In this document: positions 29,437 through 39,992 of the stretch, in pieces | Layout of the letters: each line of letters opens with the position of its first letter | How positions within the stretch are numbered: the first letter of the stretch is position 1 | Source: a virus | Virus record (IMG/VR): IMGVR_UViG_3300034375_010798 | Length of the DNA: 64,000 nucleotides | Strand: one strand, 5' to 3' | Notes under the pieces: generated by a model | Seen by the model: only the letters and a program-made list of their open reading frames with translations | Database searches by the model: none | What the model was told of the DNA's origin: nothing | Translations under genes and position numbers: made by a program

Positions 29437-32400
29437 ATGGCTGACGGCTATACATACGAAAGTTTATTATCTTCTTTAGAGAGTGCTGGAAGTATTTCTG
29501 GTGATTTACTAGAAACTTCATTTACAGCAGATACAAACAGAGCTATTCCTCTTATAGATTATGGTAGATTCTCAAAACATACTTTCTTTGGTGATATAAG
29601 AAGAAAGACAGAAAGAAACTTTAATAAAATAATAACTGAATACCCTATTGGTTTGAGTGGGGCTTCAGTGGCTGCATTAACAGAATCAGATATATTGGCT
29701 GTTGATAAGTTTTACAAAGAAGCTGATGGTTACACTAGATGGTTATTGAATGAGTTGGGTAAAGATGTAGCCTTTACTGGAACAGAAAAATCAATAACTG
29801 CAAATGCTGTTAATAATAATCAAGAAAATGTTACATTAATTCATTTACATAGAGATTCTGATAATTCTGTAACTGGTGATCAGTTAGATAATATAAATGC
29901 AATATATGAAAGAATAGAATTATACGAAGATTTTAATAAAGAAATAGAATATTTAGATGCTGGAACTTTATCATATTTTGGAGTCACTGGTGGTGAAGGT
30001 AATTATGCTAATTATTCTACTCGTATAACCGAAGAAGTTCCAGCCTCTGCAGAGGTTGATGTTATTCAAAACTTCAAGTTGGAAAATCTTATACCAAGAT
30101 ATTTGTTTTTAGGTGATGATACAGAATTCTTAAAAAGTTTTCTTACAGCATTGTCTGAATCTTTTGATGAATATAAATTATATATAGAAAACATACCAAA
30201 CTTAAAAAAGATTTCATACGATAGCGTTGATAGAGTTCCAGATAGATTCATACCTGTTTTAGCTAAAGATTATGGTGTTAATTTATATGAAACATCTGCA
30301 GATATTGATATAAAACAAGAACTATTTAATTCTTCATCTGCTGGATATACTAGTAAAGAGGTAACAAGTAAGGTATGGAATAGAATATTAAACAATATCC
30401 CACACTTATTAAAATCAAAAGGTGCAAGAGAAAGTTTAGAAGCTATTTGTAGAATATATGGAATTAAAAACAATTTCTTAAAAATTAATGAACACTCAAT
30501 TTTTAGAACAAAAGTTAAAAAAACAGAACAAGAGTTAGTAGATTTTATAGCTTTATATTCTGATGGAACGAATTATGTTCAAACATCAGTTGGAGCTACA
30601 GAAACTAGTTCTTTGGCTTTTGATTTTGCGGCTGGGCAAGACTTTACCATACAAACTGTTGTATCTGCAACAGCGGCACAATCTCACACATTGGTTGAAC
30701 ACCCACTATATAATATAACATTAAGTGATGTAGGTGTTTTAACATTTAATTCAGTAACAACACCAACTGTAACAGTATCCACCCCAGAGGGGTCTATTTC
30801 ATCCCATATACAAGCCTTAGATAATTTTACTAATATAACTGTATCAAGAAGTGGTGATACCTTAAACGCTTATTTAACCACCCTCTCAGCTAGTCCTACT
30901 GGTGGTAATGATATTGTAGAGGTTGTTAGTGGTTCTTACAGTGATGTATCGGTTGGAACTGAAAGTTATGACTCAACAGGTGGAACTGTTGGTGGCTCTA
31001 CAAAATTTCCTTCTCCAAATAACTTTATTGGTTATATGCATGAAGTAAGAACATGGGATATAGCATTAGAAGAAGAAGACATAAAAGAACATACGAGAAA
31101 CTTTCAATCAATATCAATTGAAAATACAAAAATAAACAATCAAAGTGCCACATATAATAATTTGAAGTCTCACTTCAAACTAAGAGAAGATATAATTCTT
31201 GGTGGTGATTATAATTTTATTGTAAACTCTGCAAAAAGTAATTATCATGCTGAACCTGTGGGGTTTGGAACAACAGAGAAAAAATATAGACACTTTTCCG
31301 ATAGAAAAAGAATTGTTAGTAGTTATCCATTAGGTTTCTCTATTAACAATGATAAAATAAGAACATCAGAAGAAAATATTGAAGAAGAAGATGTTGGTTA
31401 TATTAGCTTCTCTATGAGTCCAACAAACGCAGTAAATAGAGAAATATACAATAGTATACAAGATTTTAATGTGTTTGATCTTTTAGGAGATCCTTCTGTA
31501 TTAACAAAGAACTCATATTTTGGAACAGACATAAATAATAAATGGAATGAAATTTCAGAACAATGGAATTTATCTAAAAACGAAACATTTGATCCAGATC
31601 CATTAAACAATGCATTACTTAAAAGTGGTGGATCTGTTTTGACGGTAACTGGTGTTAGTGGGTCTAGCGTTGGATTAATGAACAATAACGCATTTGTTAA
31701 ATCAATGAATAATTTCAATGATACATTTGGAAGTATATTTCCATTCTCAGAACAATTTATACCAGCAAAAACAAATGTTATTTCAAAAGGTTTATTTATT
31801 GAATCACCTTTATTAGAGAGACATAAAACAAAAAGAGTGTTTGGTAGAAGATGGAATTCTTTGGCTGAGGTCTTGGCTGAGAACGAACAATATCAATTAA
31901 CAGCAGATGGAAATATTATATCATATGATAATGATAAGCAAACTAACAATGCTGTTCCTACGGTGTTATCGTTAAATGAACTTGAATTTGTTTTAAATAA
32001 TCACTATTTAGCTGGTGATTTGGCTACAACGGGTTCGGGTTCAGCTAATGAAGTAAATTTATCAGCATCAGCTGCAACTACTGCAGATTTTCAAGGTTAT
32101 CAATATTATGATAACAACATACAAGAAACTATAGATTTAGAGTTTAGTGCTATAACTCAAGTTCCAAATGTTAGTGTTAATAGCACTGTAAACGAACCTA
32201 ATTTTTCTCAAACTAGATATGGTAGATTCTTACCCGTAAGAATAACTCCCGCAGCTGTTGACCAAACAGAGGTTGAAATAACTTTGGATACTATGTTAAT
32301 ATCACCTACTGCAAACAACACAGCTAGCAATGGGTTCATAAGTGGTAGAGTTAAAATGTTATCTGGTGGTGTTGAATTCAAAACGGATTTACCAGCCTTA

Positions 32401-32775
32401 AGGTTTGATTTTCCCACATCAGCTGATGGAACAAACTTGTTTATTGCAGAGGTTGGTGATATAGATGCTGGTGAGGGTAGAATAGTAAAAGACAAAGACA
32501 ACTCAATAGTTGTCTCCTTAGAGAGTGCAACAATACAATTAAACTTAACACTAGCTAGTGTTGTAAGATCACTCAGTGCAGTTGCTGGAGATGTTACACT
32601 ACAAATGGTAGAAGATTCGGCGTCTGGTAGTATTGGTATTGTTCCTATTAATGTTACAAACCTATTTAATGATGTAACATATATATTTAGAGTGGGTATA
32701 AACGCTGTTGATACTAAGGATACTGATTTGATTAGACAAATAACACAACAAGGTGTAGAAAAAATTACATCATAA
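29437..32775 (+). CDS. Baseplate wedge gp7/gpI-like protein with a LamG-like domain
   Basis: WNRILNNIPHLLKSKG.R.SLE...RIYGI and F.GYMHEVRTW..AL (LamG-like); S/T-rich. Confidence 0.65.
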   Translation: MADGYTYESLLSSLESAGSISGDLLETSFTADTNRAIPLIDYGRFSKHTFFGDIRRKTERNFNKIITEYPIGLSGASVAALTESDILAVDKFYKEADGYTRWLLNELGKDVAFTGTEKSITANAVNNNQENVTLIHLHRDSDNSVTGDQLDNINAIYERIELYEDFNKEIEYLDAGTLSYFGVTGGEGNYANYSTRITEEVPASAEVDVIQNFKLENLIPRYLFLGDDTEFLKSFLTALSESFDEYKLYIENIPNLKKISYDSVDRVPDRFIPVLAKDYGVNLYETSADIDIKQELFNSSSAGYTSKEVTSKVWNRILNNIPHLLKSKGARESLEAICRIYGIKNNFLKINEHSIFRTKVKKTEQELVDFIALYSDGTNYVQTSVGATETSSLAFDFAAGQDFTIQTVVSATAAQSHTLVEHPLYNITLSDVGVLTFNSVTTPTVTVSTPEGSISSHIQALDNFTNITVSRSGDTLNAYLTTLSASPTGGNDIVEVVSGSYSDVSVGTESYDSTGGTVGGSTKFPSPNNFIGYMHEVRTWDIALEEEDIKEHTRNFQSISIENTKINNQSATYNNLKSHFKLREDIILGGDYNFIVNSAKSNYHAEPVGFGTTEKKYRHFSDRKRIVSSYPLGFSINNDKIRTSEENIEEEDVGYISFSMSPTNAVNREIYNSIQDFNVFDLLGDPSVLTKNSYFGTDINNKWNEISEQWNLSKNETFDPDPLNNALLKSGGSVLTVTGVSGSSVGLMNNNAFVKSMNNFNDTFGSIFPFSEQFIPAKTNVISKGLFIESPLLERHKTKRVFGRRWNSLAEVLAENEQYQLTADGNIISYDNDKQTNNAVPTVLSLNELEFVLNNHYLAGDLATTGSGSANEVNLSASAATTADFQGYQYYDNNIQETIDLEFSAITQVPNVSVNSTVNEPNFSQTRYGRFLPVRITPAAVDQTEVEITLDTMLISPTANNTASNGFISGRVKMLSGGVEFKTDLPALRFDFPTSADGTNLFIAEVGDIDAGEGRIVKDKDNSIVVSLESATIQLNLTLASVVRSLSAVAGDVTLQMVEDSASGSIGIVPINVTNLFNDVTYIFRVGINAVDTKDTDLIRQITQQGVEKITS

Positions 32776-32791
32776 AATAAGGGGTTTATAA

Positions 32792-33439
32792 ATGTTTAAG
32801 TATGAAACAAGTTTTAGACAATTTAGTTTTGCAACATTACAATTAGTTACAGAAAAAATTAATTCTTTAAATAAAAACTCTATTACTGAGTTGGGTTGTC
32901 ATTCTGGTTATTTAACATTGGAATTATCAAAAACTTTTCCACTAAGTAATATAATTCCTGTTTCATTAAGTGATTATAAGACGACAGCTCATATAAGAAA
33001 AGTATTAGATAAAAACAATTTTTCTATGGTTAAACCTGTTTTACTAGATAGAAAAACAATAAATGAATATATAAAAACCATAAACACAGATATTGTTTTT
33101 ATAGATAATAGTTTTTCTTATCCTCCAAGAGTTTTAGACGAAATAGTAAAATCAAACATTATATGTGATGTTATATATGTTGATGGTGACTCTATTATTC
33201 ATATCAATACAGAATCATTGATATCTCAAAAAAGAAAAGAAAGTATGGTTATACAACCAGAACCACAACCAGAACCACAACCAGAACCAGCGATAGAGGA
33301 ACCAGTTGTTAATATAGAAGAAGCAGTTCCAGAGTATGCGGCTGTAGAAGAAGTAGAGGAAGAAGTGGTTGTAGAGGAAGAAAAAGTAAAACCAAAAAGA
33401 AGAAGAAGAAGCAGAAGTAAGAAAACAAATAGTGAATAA
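32792..33439 (+). CDS. Degenerate SAM-methyltransferase-like protein with QPEP repeat, acidic stretch and Arg-rich tail
   Basis: ITELGCHSGYLT (motif I-like), DIVFID, (QPEP)3, and KPKRRRRSRSKK. Confidence 0.5.
   Translation: MFKYETSFRQFSFATLQLVTEKINSLNKNSITELGCHSGYLTLELSKTFPLSNIIPVSLSDYKTTAHIRKVLDKNNFSMVKPVLLDRKTINEYIKTINTDIVFIDNSFSYPPRVLDEIVKSNIICDVIYVDGDSIIHINTESLISQKRKESMVIQPEPQPEPQPEPAIEEPVVNIEEAVPEYAAVEEVEEEVVVEEEKVKPKRRRRSRSKKTNSE
33254..33289 (+). repeat. (CAACCAGAACCA)x3 coding repeat
   Basis: Read directly from the sequence. Confidence 0.9.
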
Positions 33440-33519
33440 TACTTATATTTATTATAAGCATTGTTTTTATTAAATTATAATACAATATAGTTTTATGTAT
33501 AATAATAGGGGGAAATAAA

Positions 33520-34089
33520 TTGGCATTTCTTGATTCATCAACAGCAGTTATAGACGCAATTCTTACTAAGAGGGGCCGAGAATTGTTAGCTAGAAATGAT
33601 GGCTCCTTTCAAATAACAAAGTTTGCCTTTGGTGATGATGAGATTAATTACCAATTATTCAACATTGCAAACACAGTTAATCCAGAGGCAGATATTATTA
33701 ATCTACCTGTTTTGGAACCCACATCAAATGATGAGGTAGCATTGTTAAATAGATTAGTAACTCTACCAAGAGGAACACTAAAAGTAGCTACATTGAGTTT
33801 AGATCCTAATCAAGCAACAGTTGATTTTGGAAGTGATATAACTGTTTCAGTTGTTACTGAAAATGGTAGTGATCCACAGGGATATACAGCAACTATTAGA
33901 GATTCTACTATTGGTGTTTTGACAGCTGCAAGAGCAATTCCAGCTGCTGGTGGTTTAGCTACTTTCACTATTAGAACTGGCGAAAATGCTAGCGGTGGAA
34001 CAGGAACTACAATTATGGATATTATTGGTATCAACACTGGAGCTAGAAAAGAGTTTAGCTTAACAGTTAATGAAGCAACAACAACTTAA
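33520..34089 (+). CDS. Conserved virion structural protein (TTG start)
   Basis: Starts AFLD....IDAILTKRGRELLA....FQITKFAFGDDEINY, typical of large-myovirus baseplate/fibre-attachment proteins. GGGGGA SD. Confidence 0.75.
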   Translation: MAFLDSSTAVIDAILTKRGRELLARNDGSFQITKFAFGDDEINYQLFNIANTVNPEADIINLPVLEPTSNDEVALLNRLVTLPRGTLKVATLSLDPNQATVDFGSDITVSVVTENGSDPQGYTATIRDSTIGVLTAARAIPAAGGLATFTIRTGENASGGTGTTIMDIIGINTGARKEFSLTVNEATTT

Positions 34090-34102
34090 TTAGAGAAAAG
34101 GT

Positions 34103-34969
34103 ATGGCGTTAACAAATTTTAATGAAGATGATATATCAGTTAGTGATGTTGAATATACTACTAACTTTGTTATAGATTCAGCTACAGCAGCTTCGGCTAG
34201 AAATATATACTCTTTTGTTGCAGAAGCTAGTTCTACTGGTTTTTTAGTAAATGCTCAAGGTTCAACAACAACTACACCTCTTAGTTCTGCCTTTAGACAC
34301 TTTACTAATTACTATTTTTCATCAGCATCAGATGCATCTATACCACTTGCACAAGACAACACAACAACAACTGGTATATTTAGAGCTATTCAATTAGGGA
34401 GAACAACAGTTGATGATGGTATATTAAGTGGTAGTGTTACAGCTATATTTTCTTTTGGGGCTGTTGGTAACTTACAGTTTGTTGATATACCAGATACAAC
34501 AATTGATAATAGTATTGGTAGAAAGGGAACTCTAGTTCAGAAAAATGATGAAACAAATGTTGTTGGAACAGTATTTTACGACACAGGAACTTTGGTTTTC
34601 CACGGTGGTAATACATCAACAAACTTTTTAACATCACCTGCATCTGGTTTTATATTTGGTGAAGGTTCAACAGCTGAAACTATAGCTATTAATGAAGTTA
34701 ATTTTAAATCTGTTAATAGTATTAAAAGAACTTCTTTTTTTTGTAGAGCTAAAAACAGAGAATTTAATTACACAAATAATATAACAGCGTTATCTGATAG
34801 AACTACTGGATCTATTACTGGCTCATTAACAGCAGATCCTACAACATTTATAACAACAATTGGTCTTTATAATGATGATGGTGAAATGCTCGCAATAGCC
34901 AAGGTTTCTCCAGCAGTTAAAAAGACTTTTGATACAGAAAAAGTTTTTTCTGTTAGATTACAATACTAA
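34103..34969 (+). CDS. Baseplate / fibre-attachment protein, paralogue 1
   Basis: C-terminal EFNYT.N...TFITTIGLYNDDGEMLAIAKVS..VKK motif (tail-collar fibre / gpH N-terminal-like). Confidence 0.7.
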   Translation: MALTNFNEDDISVSDVEYTTNFVIDSATAASARNIYSFVAEASSTGFLVNAQGSTTTTPLSSAFRHFTNYYFSSASDASIPLAQDNTTTTGIFRAIQLGRTTVDDGILSGSVTAIFSFGAVGNLQFVDIPDTTIDNSIGRKGTLVQKNDETNVVGTVFYDTGTLVFHGGNTSTNFLTSPASGFIFGEGSTAETIAINEVNFKSVNSIKRTSFFCRAKNREFNYTNNITALSDRTTGSITGSLTADPTTFITTIGLYNDDGEMLAIAKVSPAVKKTFDTEKVFSVRLQY

Positions 34970-34975
34970 AACATT

Positions 34976-37333
34976 ATGTCATTTAAAGCTTTTGAAGACG
35001 AAACTATCCAAAGTTATGTTAATGAGAAGATAGAGACAGTTTCATTATCAGAGACTAGTCCTTCGGCTTCTTATGCTCATTTTTTCACAGGTATAAGAAG
35101 TTTGGGTAAGATAGGTTCTTTAAATGGCGACGATAATCCAGATTTTGGTTTTAATAAAGAAGATGAAATAAAATATAAATTTGACTTTACTGAAATACCT
35201 ATACTTGGCCAATCAATAACTGCCGATATGGTTAATGGTGTTTATATGAGTGAAGGTGATATGGATTATAGCACCGCTGCTGGATATAACACAACAACAT
35301 CACATCAAAGAATATTTGATCATATAGCATACTATTTGTATAGAGCAGATCTAGATGATAATTATGATCCATCCATAACAAACATACAAAGTGGCTCAAC
35401 AAGTGTGGATATATCTGTTTTTAAATTAATTAACTTGAGAAAAGATATAGGTTTTAGTGGTATAAAACCATCATCATTTAGAATGGAGTTAAACTTAGGA
35501 ACACAAAGTATTACTGGCCATATTGATGGTTCTTCTGCAGAGCCTTTATATTATGATACTCACGCTACCGGATTTACTGGGGCTTTGGATTTGAAAAACC
35601 CATATGGTGGTGAAGTTGGGTTAAGTGATAAAAGTTTCTTTGGTGTTTCTCTTAATGATACACCTTATATGGCCGCTGAAGGTATTGATAACATTGTTGA
35701 TGGTATAACAATAGAGGCAATAATAAGACCTCACCAAAAAGATTCTGTTTTATTTTTTAGAAGAATAGCTAATTCTGCAGACGATAAAACAAGAAATAAA
35801 TTTATGAAGTTAGAGTTAACTAAAGGCCCTAATGGTATAAACGAAGCTTTTAGGTTTTATATAAGAAACACATCTACATATCCTAATAACTCAGACACAT
35901 ATGCGGATAAAACAGAATCTAATTTTACAGAAAACTTTTCTGACACTAATGTTCAAGCTTCTGGATTATTTGTTCCTAACGATGTTGGTATAAATCTTTT
36001 TGATGGTAATTTTCACCATATAATAGTTACATGGAGTCCATATGAATTAGTATCAAATAATGTGGGGGATGCTGAGTTAGGATCTGGGGTTGTGTTGGGT
36101 TATGTTGATGGATACAAACTTCTTAATAAAGAACAGGTTTTTCCAAGACTTAAGGGTTCTGATAGTTCAAACGGCCCAACACCACAACCAAATATGCTTG
36201 AACAAAGAATACCAATTAGGCAAGAAAGATTAAGATCTACTGATTCTCTTGATGGGCCAAGTGGTAACAATATATATATTGGTGTTTCAAACTTTAGTAG
36301 AACAGATGGTGAGTTTGATGGAGATAGAGGAGTTTTAGCTCCTAGTAATGATCCAAAAATATCTGGGCCTTATGATGGGCAAATACAAGAATTAAGAGTT
36401 TGGAATATAAGACTAAAAGATGGAACAACTAAATATAATGATAATTTAAACACATTATTAAATACTACAGTTGATGTTGTGGCAAATCCAGAAAAAAGTA
36501 TTATAGGAACTTTTAATAACTTTTATGATTCTGGTTTAACTGGAACATCAACAAGTGCTGGTAATATAGTGGGTTGGTGGAGATTCAACGCTATAGGGTC
36601 TCTAACAGCTGCAGATCATGCAGGAGGTTTAACACCCGGCCTTATTGCGAATGCTCCTGCATTAGCTGCTGACCCAACTGGTCAATTATCTGGAAGTAGT
36701 GGTGTGTTGGTTGGTAACTCTACTATGAGATTATATAATTCTAAAAACATATTATTAGGTTCAAGTGGAAATGTTTTTAGTGAAGAGTCTGTTTCTTCAC
36801 TACAAAGAACACTGACATATTATGATCAACCAGCGGCCGGATCAAAGCCCGTAAATAATAATTTAAATCAGGGTAGAATATTAAGAAGAACTATTTCTGA
36901 TGAAGCAAAAAGAGTTGGTGTTATATTTTATGACACAAATCAAATAGTTTTAGACAATGATGATGAGTTTGTAAGTATGAATTTCACTTGGCCAACCAGT
37001 GGTGTGTCTGGTGATTTTGGTTTTTCTGTAACTAGTGATAATATAGATAATAACTCTATCAACGTTGAAAGATTAAAATATGACGCAGTTATAAGAAGTG
37101 GTAGAACTTTGTTTTCGGCAGTAGCGGAGGGTTCTGAATTTAATTACACTGAAAACCCAACGGGGAAAAACCCAGATACAAACGAAAATATATTTGATGA
37201 TCCAACAGCATTTATTACTTCTGTTGGTTTATACAATAATGAAGGTGAGTTATTAGCTATAGGTAAGTTATCAAATACTGTTAAGAAAAATAATAAAATT
37301 CAAATAGAAACTCAAGTTAAGCTAGATTATTAG
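34976..37333 (+). CDS. Baseplate / fibre-attachment protein, paralogue 2, with a LamG insertion
   Basis: Same C-terminal EFNYTENP...FITSVGLYNNEGELLAIGKLS motif; internal FHHIIVTW and GQIQELRVWN (LamG). Confidence 0.7.
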   Translation: MSFKAFEDETIQSYVNEKIETVSLSETSPSASYAHFFTGIRSLGKIGSLNGDDNPDFGFNKEDEIKYKFDFTEIPILGQSITADMVNGVYMSEGDMDYSTAAGYNTTTSHQRIFDHIAYYLYRADLDDNYDPSITNIQSGSTSVDISVFKLINLRKDIGFSGIKPSSFRMELNLGTQSITGHIDGSSAEPLYYDTHATGFTGALDLKNPYGGEVGLSDKSFFGVSLNDTPYMAAEGIDNIVDGITIEAIIRPHQKDSVLFFRRIANSADDKTRNKFMKLELTKGPNGINEAFRFYIRNTSTYPNNSDTYADKTESNFTENFSDTNVQASGLFVPNDVGINLFDGNFHHIIVTWSPYELVSNNVGDAELGSGVVLGYVDGYKLLNKEQVFPRLKGSDSSNGPTPQPNMLEQRIPIRQERLRSTDSLDGPSGNNIYIGVSNFSRTDGEFDGDRGVLAPSNDPKISGPYDGQIQELRVWNIRLKDGTTKYNDNLNTLLNTTVDVVANPEKSIIGTFNNFYDSGLTGTSTSAGNIVGWWRFNAIGSLTAADHAGGLTPGLIANAPALAADPTGQLSGSSGVLVGNSTMRLYNSKNILLGSSGNVFSEESVSSLQRTLTYYDQPAAGSKPVNNNLNQGRILRRTISDEAKRVGVIFYDTNQIVLDNDDEFVSMNFTWPTSGVSGDFGFSVTSDNIDNNSINVERLKYDAVIRSGRTLFSAVAEGSEFNYTENPTGKNPDTNENIFDDPTAFITSVGLYNNEGELLAIGKLSNTVKKNNKIQIETQVKLDY

Positions 37334-37342
37334 AGAGTGTAA

Positions 37343-38254
37343 ATGCCAGATCCATTACTACCAATAAGAACTAACAAAGATATTGAAAGTGGATATGTTA
37401 GAATAAATCCATCAGACTATTTTTTTGTAACATTTGAAAGCTCAAAACAAATAGCTATTGATGATATAGAGTGTCCTTTGACTAAGGGTATAAATGATCA
37501 TCAAATAATTAGTTCACCTAATGATTCTGTTTGTGCGATGACTGCTAGTTGGGATGGTAGTAACTCATCATATTGGTATACGGTAAGAAAAATATTATCA
37601 GAGAGAACAAGTAATTATTCTTTAACAGCGACTCAACCCGCTGATGCACAATTAGGTATAATAAGTATAAGGAAGAACTTTTATGATATGGCCTTAGCGA
37701 CTGGTAGTGTTACTGCCACTGTCACGGGCACTAATTTTGTTGGTAATAGCATAGCTGATACTTATTATGATGATGGTAATGGTAACTTTTTAAAACTATC
37801 AAACGGATTATCAATAGGTAAGGTGTTATACGATGATGGTATGATTGTTATTGATAATGCAGAATATAGAGAGGTTGCAACCTCAACAACATCATTAGTT
37901 TTTAATACAAGAGTTCAACATACAGCTTTAAATGTTTATTGTAAGTGTGAATCAAATGAACTTAATTATACACTAAATCACACAGCAGCTGCTACAGCTA
38001 GTTTATGTGCAAACGGCGAAAGTATAGAGGCGGGACATGATAATTTATATACTAAAACTTCTATAACAGGAAGCACTGATAGGTTTAAATATTGGGAAGA
38101 TTTAGTTTCGTCTGGTTATAATTTTTCACCTATGATAACATCTGTTGGTTTATATAATGAAAATAATGAGTTATTGGCTGTTGCTAAATTAACAAAACCA
38201 ATTAAAAAACCCACAGACTTACCATTAACTGTTAAGATTGCAATTGATATATAA
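37343..38254 (+). CDS. Baseplate / fibre-attachment protein, paralogue 3
   Basis: C-terminal ELNYTLN...ITSVGLYNENNELLAVAKL.KPIKK motif. Confidence 0.7.
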   Translation: MPDPLLPIRTNKDIESGYVRINPSDYFFVTFESSKQIAIDDIECPLTKGINDHQIISSPNDSVCAMTASWDGSNSSYWYTVRKILSERTSNYSLTATQPADAQLGIISIRKNFYDMALATGSVTATVTGTNFVGNSIADTYYDDGNGNFLKLSNGLSIGKVLYDDGMIVIDNAEYREVATSTTSLVFNTRVQHTALNVYCKCESNELNYTLNHTAAATASLCANGESIEAGHDNLYTKTSITGSTDRFKYWEDLVSSGYNFSPMITSVGLYNENNELLAVAKLTKPIKKPTDLPLTVKIAIDI

Positions 38255-38265
38255 AGGAAAATAAA

Positions 38266-39990
38266 ATGGCATTTAGGTTTATAAATCCAGTAGCTACTGG
38301 GCAATTTAGATATATTTTATCAAGAGCTGTTGAAGATGTTACTATAATAGATCTTACAGATACACCAAGCAATGGAGTAACTGGTTTTCACTTGGAAGTT
38401 GTAACAGGATCTACTAAATCAATAGAACTTGACGGCATTGGTGAGTATATGAAACTCCCAACAGCAGAAGGAAATAACACTGAGTTTGGTTTGGATGATA
38501 TAGGTGTTAATGGCCCCATAGCTAACAATTTAATTTTTGAATCTTGGGTTAAATTATCAGACATAGAATATACTGCAGGATACGCAAACCAATATTGGGA
38601 AGCTACAATACAAAGAGATACTACAAGTGGCCCATATGGTCAAGACGAAAATGGTGATGATATATTTGGAACAACAACGGAAGGTTTTGATGGAATATAT
38701 CATAGTAGATTAATATATATAGACCCAGAGGGAGATTCAACATCTGCTCACTATGTTGATTTTCAATTCACTAGTGGAACAAATATAGCATATAGTTTAA
38801 CATCAAACTCTAGTATACCTGTTAATACTTGGACTCATTTGATGACAAAGTATAATTGGGAGGGTGATACATATGGAAGTGGTGAAGGTAATAGCACTAT
38901 GTCCGTATATATAAATGGAGTGTTAGATAGAGTAGAGACTTTAGACAACCTTCATGCCGCAGGGGCTTTAAGCAACCCTGCATACCCTTCTACGGGTTCC
39001 CCATTAGATGCTAAGGGATTAATACTATTTAATGGTAAAGTCGATGAGATGAGATTGTGGTGTCTCAGTGCAAGTGATCCTGTTATGGCTGAACTTGCTT
39101 CTGTAACTAGTATAGGGTTATATCCAGAAAAACTAAGTGTTCAAGCTCAAAATGATTTATCTCCAAGTGCTAACACTTTAGTAGGTTGGTGGAGATTTGA
39201 AGATGTTACAGCTGTAAATCTTTATGCTTCTATAGTTGATAGTATAGAAGATAGCACAGAGTATAATCACAACGCTACTCCTGTAGGTTTTGAAGGCCCA
39301 ACAAGTTTTTCCGATGATCAACACTCTATTTATGGAAGTAATGCAATGGATAACTTCCCAGATTTAAAAATAGGAACAACAGATAATGGCGGTATGTTAA
39401 CCATTGATAATAGAAACTCAAGTGTTCTATTAGAAGAAGGTTGGGAGAATTTAGTATTAAAGTCAAAAAATAGTTGGACTCCTATCTTAGAACAAAACGG
39501 TGATCCAACAGCAATAGTTAATGTAGATGAAAGACAGATATACACTGGAACCTCTGGCGTTAGAGTTAATACAGGATATGAGGGTGGAGGGGCAATACAC
39601 ACCATAGATTATTCACCAGAAAATTTTATTGATAAAAACAAATATATTTGTGGTTTAAGAATGATTGCCGCTAGTGGATCAGTTAGTGCAAGAGTAACAT
39701 TTACTCTCGGCCCAGAAAGCAATAGTGCATCTGTAACAGCTGTTATGACTAACTTAGAGTGGAGACCATTTTTTGTTAGGAATACTGCTATTAGTGATCC
39801 GGGGCACCCCTCATCTATTACCGGATCTGTTAAGGTAGAACAGCTTCATAACCCCGTAGAAGGAGCAGATGAAGGATCTTTGTTTAATGTTGATTCATTT
39901 ATGATTAAACAAGGTGATTACCCATCAGCTTTTGTGGGACAAGAAGAAGTCAGAAAAACAGGTCAAATTTATTGGAATATAGGTGATTAA
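38266..39990 (+). CDS. LamG/concanavalin-A-like virion protein with a C-terminal CBM-like domain
   Basis: Motifs FESWVK, NTWTHL, VYINGVL, FNGKVDEMRLW and LVGWWRF. Confidence 0.75.
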   Translation: MAFRFINPVATGQFRYILSRAVEDVTIIDLTDTPSNGVTGFHLEVVTGSTKSIELDGIGEYMKLPTAEGNNTEFGLDDIGVNGPIANNLIFESWVKLSDIEYTAGYANQYWEATIQRDTTSGPYGQDENGDDIFGTTTEGFDGIYHSRLIYIDPEGDSTSAHYVDFQFTSGTNIAYSLTSNSSIPVNTWTHLMTKYNWEGDTYGSGEGNSTMSVYINGVLDRVETLDNLHAAGALSNPAYPSTGSPLDAKGLILFNGKVDEMRLWCLSASDPVMAELASVTSIGLYPEKLSVQAQNDLSPSANTLVGWWRFEDVTAVNLYASIVDSIEDSTEYNHNATPVGFEGPTSFSDDQHSIYGSNAMDNFPDLKIGTTDNGGMLTIDNRNSSVLLEEGWENLVLKSKNSWTPILEQNGDPTAIVNVDERQIYTGTSGVRVNTGYEGGGAIHTIDYSPENFIDKNKYICGLRMIAASGSVSARVTFTLGPESNSASVTAVMTNLEWRPFFVRNTAISDPGHPSSITGSVKVEQLHNPVEGADEGSLFNVDSFMIKQGDYPSAFVGQEEVRKTGQIYWNIGD

Positions 39991-39992
39991 AT

